Assembly: GCA_047285805.1 (NCBI GenBank) | Contig: JBJBCN010000003.1 | Coordinates: forward strand, 768,001-832,000 | DNA from: Synechococcus sp. | GTDB lineage: Bacteria > Cyanobacteriota > Cyanobacteriia > PCC-6307 > Cyanobiaceae | Length of the DNA: 64,000 bases | Reading direction: 5' to 3' | Shown: positions 61,785 to 64,000 of the stretch, in pieces | Position numbering within the stretch: the first letter of the stretch is position 1 | Layout of the letters: every line of letters begins with the position of its first letter | The notes under the pieces: generated by a model | What the model was told of the DNA's origin: nothing | Seen by the model: only the letters and a program-made list of their open reading frames with translations | Database searches by the model: none | Program-made: the position numbers and the translations under genes

Positions 61785-63422
61785 CTAGTCCGCCAGGGCC
61801 TCAGTGCTGATGCTGGGGCCCTGGCGTTGCAGGCTGTGGCGCCTCCAGAAGGGTTGGCGTGCGGGGATGTCTACGCGGAAGTGGCCGCCGCGGCTCTCGG
61901 TTCGGAACAGCGCTGACTCCATCAACAGGGCGGCTACCGTCACCCGCTGTTGCAGGTCGTGGGCTTTAGCCAGCCAACGGGCCTCATCTCTTGGCAGCTC
62001 GATTGCCCGGTCGTTGTCCAGCGACTTCAGGGCCATGAGCAGGGGCTCGGCACTGAGATCCCCCTCGAGCTGACGGCAAGCTCGGTATCCGTCGAGCAGG
62101 GCGTGACCGTCCCGCTCGACGCCACCGACCTGCCAGCAGAGATGGCGCAGTTGCTCGGTTTGCCGCTCGATCGTCTCCAGGCTGCTGCTCGGCGCGGTTG
62201 CGATCAACGCTGTGACCGTTGGTTCAACCCTGGTGGGCCCTGCAGGGGAGAGCTCGATCTCCCGCAGTTGGCGCGCATAGACGAGGCATTCCATCAGGGA
62301 ATTGCTGGCCAGACGGTTGGCCCCATGGACGCCGCTGCTGGCGACCTCCCCGACGGCATACAGACCGGGGATGGTGGTGGCTGAGTGTCCATCGGTGCGG
62401 ACGCCGCCCATGCAGTAGTGAGCAGCTGGTGCCACCGGGATGGGGGCCTGAGTGGGCTCGAGCCCCAGTTCGCGGCAGCGCCCCAGGATCGTGGGGAATT
62501 GCCCCTCGAGCTTGCCGTCGCCCACGGGCCTGAGGTCGAGCCAGAGATGGGGGCTTTGGCGCTCGCGCATGCGCTGGACGAGGGCCCGACTGACGGCGTC
62601 ACGGGGTGCCAGGTCAGCGCCGCTGAGCTGGCTGACGGGGCTCTCCCCCAGGTCATCGATCAGGCGGGCCCCTTCTCCGCGCACCGCTTCGGAGATGAGG
62701 AAGTGGGGGGCCCCCGGCAGCATCAAGGCCGTGGGGTGGAACTGGATGAACTCCAAGTCGCGCACGGCAGCACCGGCGCGATAGGCCATGGCGATGCCGT
62801 CACCGCTGGCTTGTTTAGGGTTGGTTGTGTTTGCAAAGAGGTGGCCGGCACCGCCGGTGGCCAGCACGACCGCGCGGGACCGGAGCCAATGCACCGTCCC
62901 GTCCAAGAGAACCTGGAGGCCGCGGCACTGGTCGTCCTGTACCCAAAGCTGGAGGGCCAGCCCACCTTGGAGGCGTTGCAGGCCGGGACGCTGCAGCACC
63001 TTGCGCTCCAGGGCGTCGACCAGAGCTCCACCGGTGCGGTCCTGGGCGTGGAGAACGCGGCGATGGCTGTGAGCGGCCTCAAGAGTGGTGCTGAGCCCGC
63101 CGTCCTGGCGGTCAAAGTCCATCCCTAGCTCTAACAGCCTTTCGACGCAGGCCGGGGCCTCACGCACCAGCAACTCCACCGCGGGGCGATCGCAGAGATC
63201 AGCGCCGGCCTTGAGGGTGTCTTCCAGATGGCTCTCGAAGCTGTCTTCCGGCCGGGTCACCGCCGCGATGCCACCTTGAGCCCAGCGGCTGGCGGATCGG
63301 GGTGCGCGGTCTTTGCTCAGCAAGAGGACGCTGAGGCCCGCGGGCAGCTCGAGGGCGGCCATCAAGCCTGCGGCACCCCCGCCCACCACGATGACGTCCC
63401 AATTGGAGGGAATGGAGGGCAT
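61785..63422 (-). CDS. nadB: L-aspartate oxidase
   Basis: VVGGGAAG, SRWAQGGIA, LEAAHS, QFHPT, SEAVRGEG and GVHGANRLASNSL; ATG 63422. Confidence 0.95.
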   Translation of the reverse strand: MPSIPSNWDVIVVGGGAAGLMAALELPAGLSVLLLSKDRAPRSASRWAQGGIAAVTRPEDSFESHLEDTLKAGADLCDRPAVELLVREAPACVERLLELGMDFDRQDGGLSTTLEAAHSHRRVLHAQDRTGGALVDALERKVLQRPGLQRLQGGLALQLWVQDDQCRGLQVLLDGTVHWLRSRAVVLATGGAGHLFANTTNPKQASGDGIAMAYRAGAAVRDLEFIQFHPTALMLPGAPHFLISEAVRGEGARLIDDLGESPVSQLSGADLAPRDAVSRALVQRMRERQSPHLWLDLRPVGDGKLEGQFPTILGRCRELGLEPTQAPIPVAPAAHYCMGGVRTDGHSATTIPGLYAVGEVASSGVHGANRLASNSLMECLVYARQLREIELSPAGPTRVEPTVTALIATAPSSSLETIERQTEQLRHLCWQVGGVERDGHALLDGYRACRQLEGDLSAEPLLMALKSLDNDRAIELPRDEARWLAKAHDLQQRVTVAALLMESALFRTESRGGHFRVDIPARQPFWRRHSLQRQGPSISTEALAD

Positions 63423-63446
63423 CAGGCCTTGGCTGACGGAGGCAAC

Positions 63447-63472
63447 AAAAAACCGTCGGGATGGCCCGACGG
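63447..63472 (-). terminator. Intrinsic terminator of psbU
   Basis: Minus strand CCGTCGGG-ccat-CCCGACGG-TTTTTT. Confidence 0.82.
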
Positions 63473-63527
63473 CGGTCACAGGCTGCGGAATCTAGACCTC
63501 AGCTGTGCGCTTGAAGTGCTCGAGCAA

Positions 63528-63905
63528 TCAACGGTATTGGCCGTCGTTGATGCGATCGAAGCCTTCGTTCAGGGCGATGGACGCGGGGGTGACTGTGAAG
63601 TTGCCCTTGAACTTGTCAACCAGCTCTTTCTGGCGATCGGTTAAATCTAGATCGAACAGGTCGTCCACACTGTTGTAAGGCCCGCCTAGCACGATCTTTC
63701 CGGCCAGGGTGGGATACATCCCAGGGAATGCCTGGAAGCGACGGACGGAGCAGTTGTTCAAGTCAATTTTGTCTCCGCGCTCGCTGATCTTGTCGTCAGC
63801 GATGTTGCGCAGGGAATCGGCCTGAGCTGCGGGCGCGATGATCAGGCTAAGGAGCAGGCCGGCCATCAGCACTCCACTCATGAGCCACGAAACCAGCCGT
63901 TTCAT
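63528..63905 (-). CDS. psbU: Photosystem II extrinsic 12-kDa protein PsbU
   Basis: Signal peptide, KIDLNN, FPGMYPTLAGKIV and GFDRINDGQYR. Confidence 0.95.
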   Translation of the reverse strand: MKRLVSWLMSGVLMAGLLLSLIIAPAAQADSLRNIADDKISERGDKIDLNNCSVRRFQAFPGMYPTLAGKIVLGGPYNSVDDLFDLDLTDRQKELVDKFKGNFTVTPASIALNEGFDRINDGQYR

Positions 63906-64000
63906 TGATAACTCCGTCTAAACGGGAACCACAGGGAGAGGGCTGCCTTGCAGCCAGCTCTGCAAACCTACAGGGAGCAGTCCTTAGGGCCGTTGGCTTT

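Overview
A GC-rich, gene-dense chromosomal segment of a picocyanobacterium (Synechococcus/Cyanobium-like, judged from gene content and order). Most of it is conserved core genome. Photosynthesis and electron transport: ndhD/ndhF/ndhM/ndhO, ycf3, a stand-alone psbD copy, psbU, and a 30-aa petL missing from the ORF track. Carotenoids: Z-ISO-like, pds, crtB, zds. Lipids: plsX-fabH-fabD-plsC. Regulators: rpaB, rpaA, a LysR. Others: radA, a Cu P1B-ATPase, tmk-holB, tRNA-Asn, iscA, hemD, rbfA, aroK, queD, rimO, VKOR, nadB. The only accessory-looking stretch is about 28.1-39.2 kb. It holds a decayed multicopper oxidase pseudogene, a lipid-carrier glycosylation module (methyltransferase-GT2 fusion, flippase-like protein, two ArnT/GT39-like transferases, a convergent polytopic membrane protein) and a Som-type porin. 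The best finding is at the porin: a 3' hairpin displays the Yfr1 seed CUCCUCACAC in its loop, and that loop is perfectly complementary (10 nt) to the porin's own ribosome-binding region, which itself forms a small hairpin. This suggests a 3'-UTR-derived autoregulatory sRNA or a 5'-3' kissing loop. I saw no CRISPR array, integrase, transposase or prophage gene. All product calls come from motif and family recognition by eye, not database searches.
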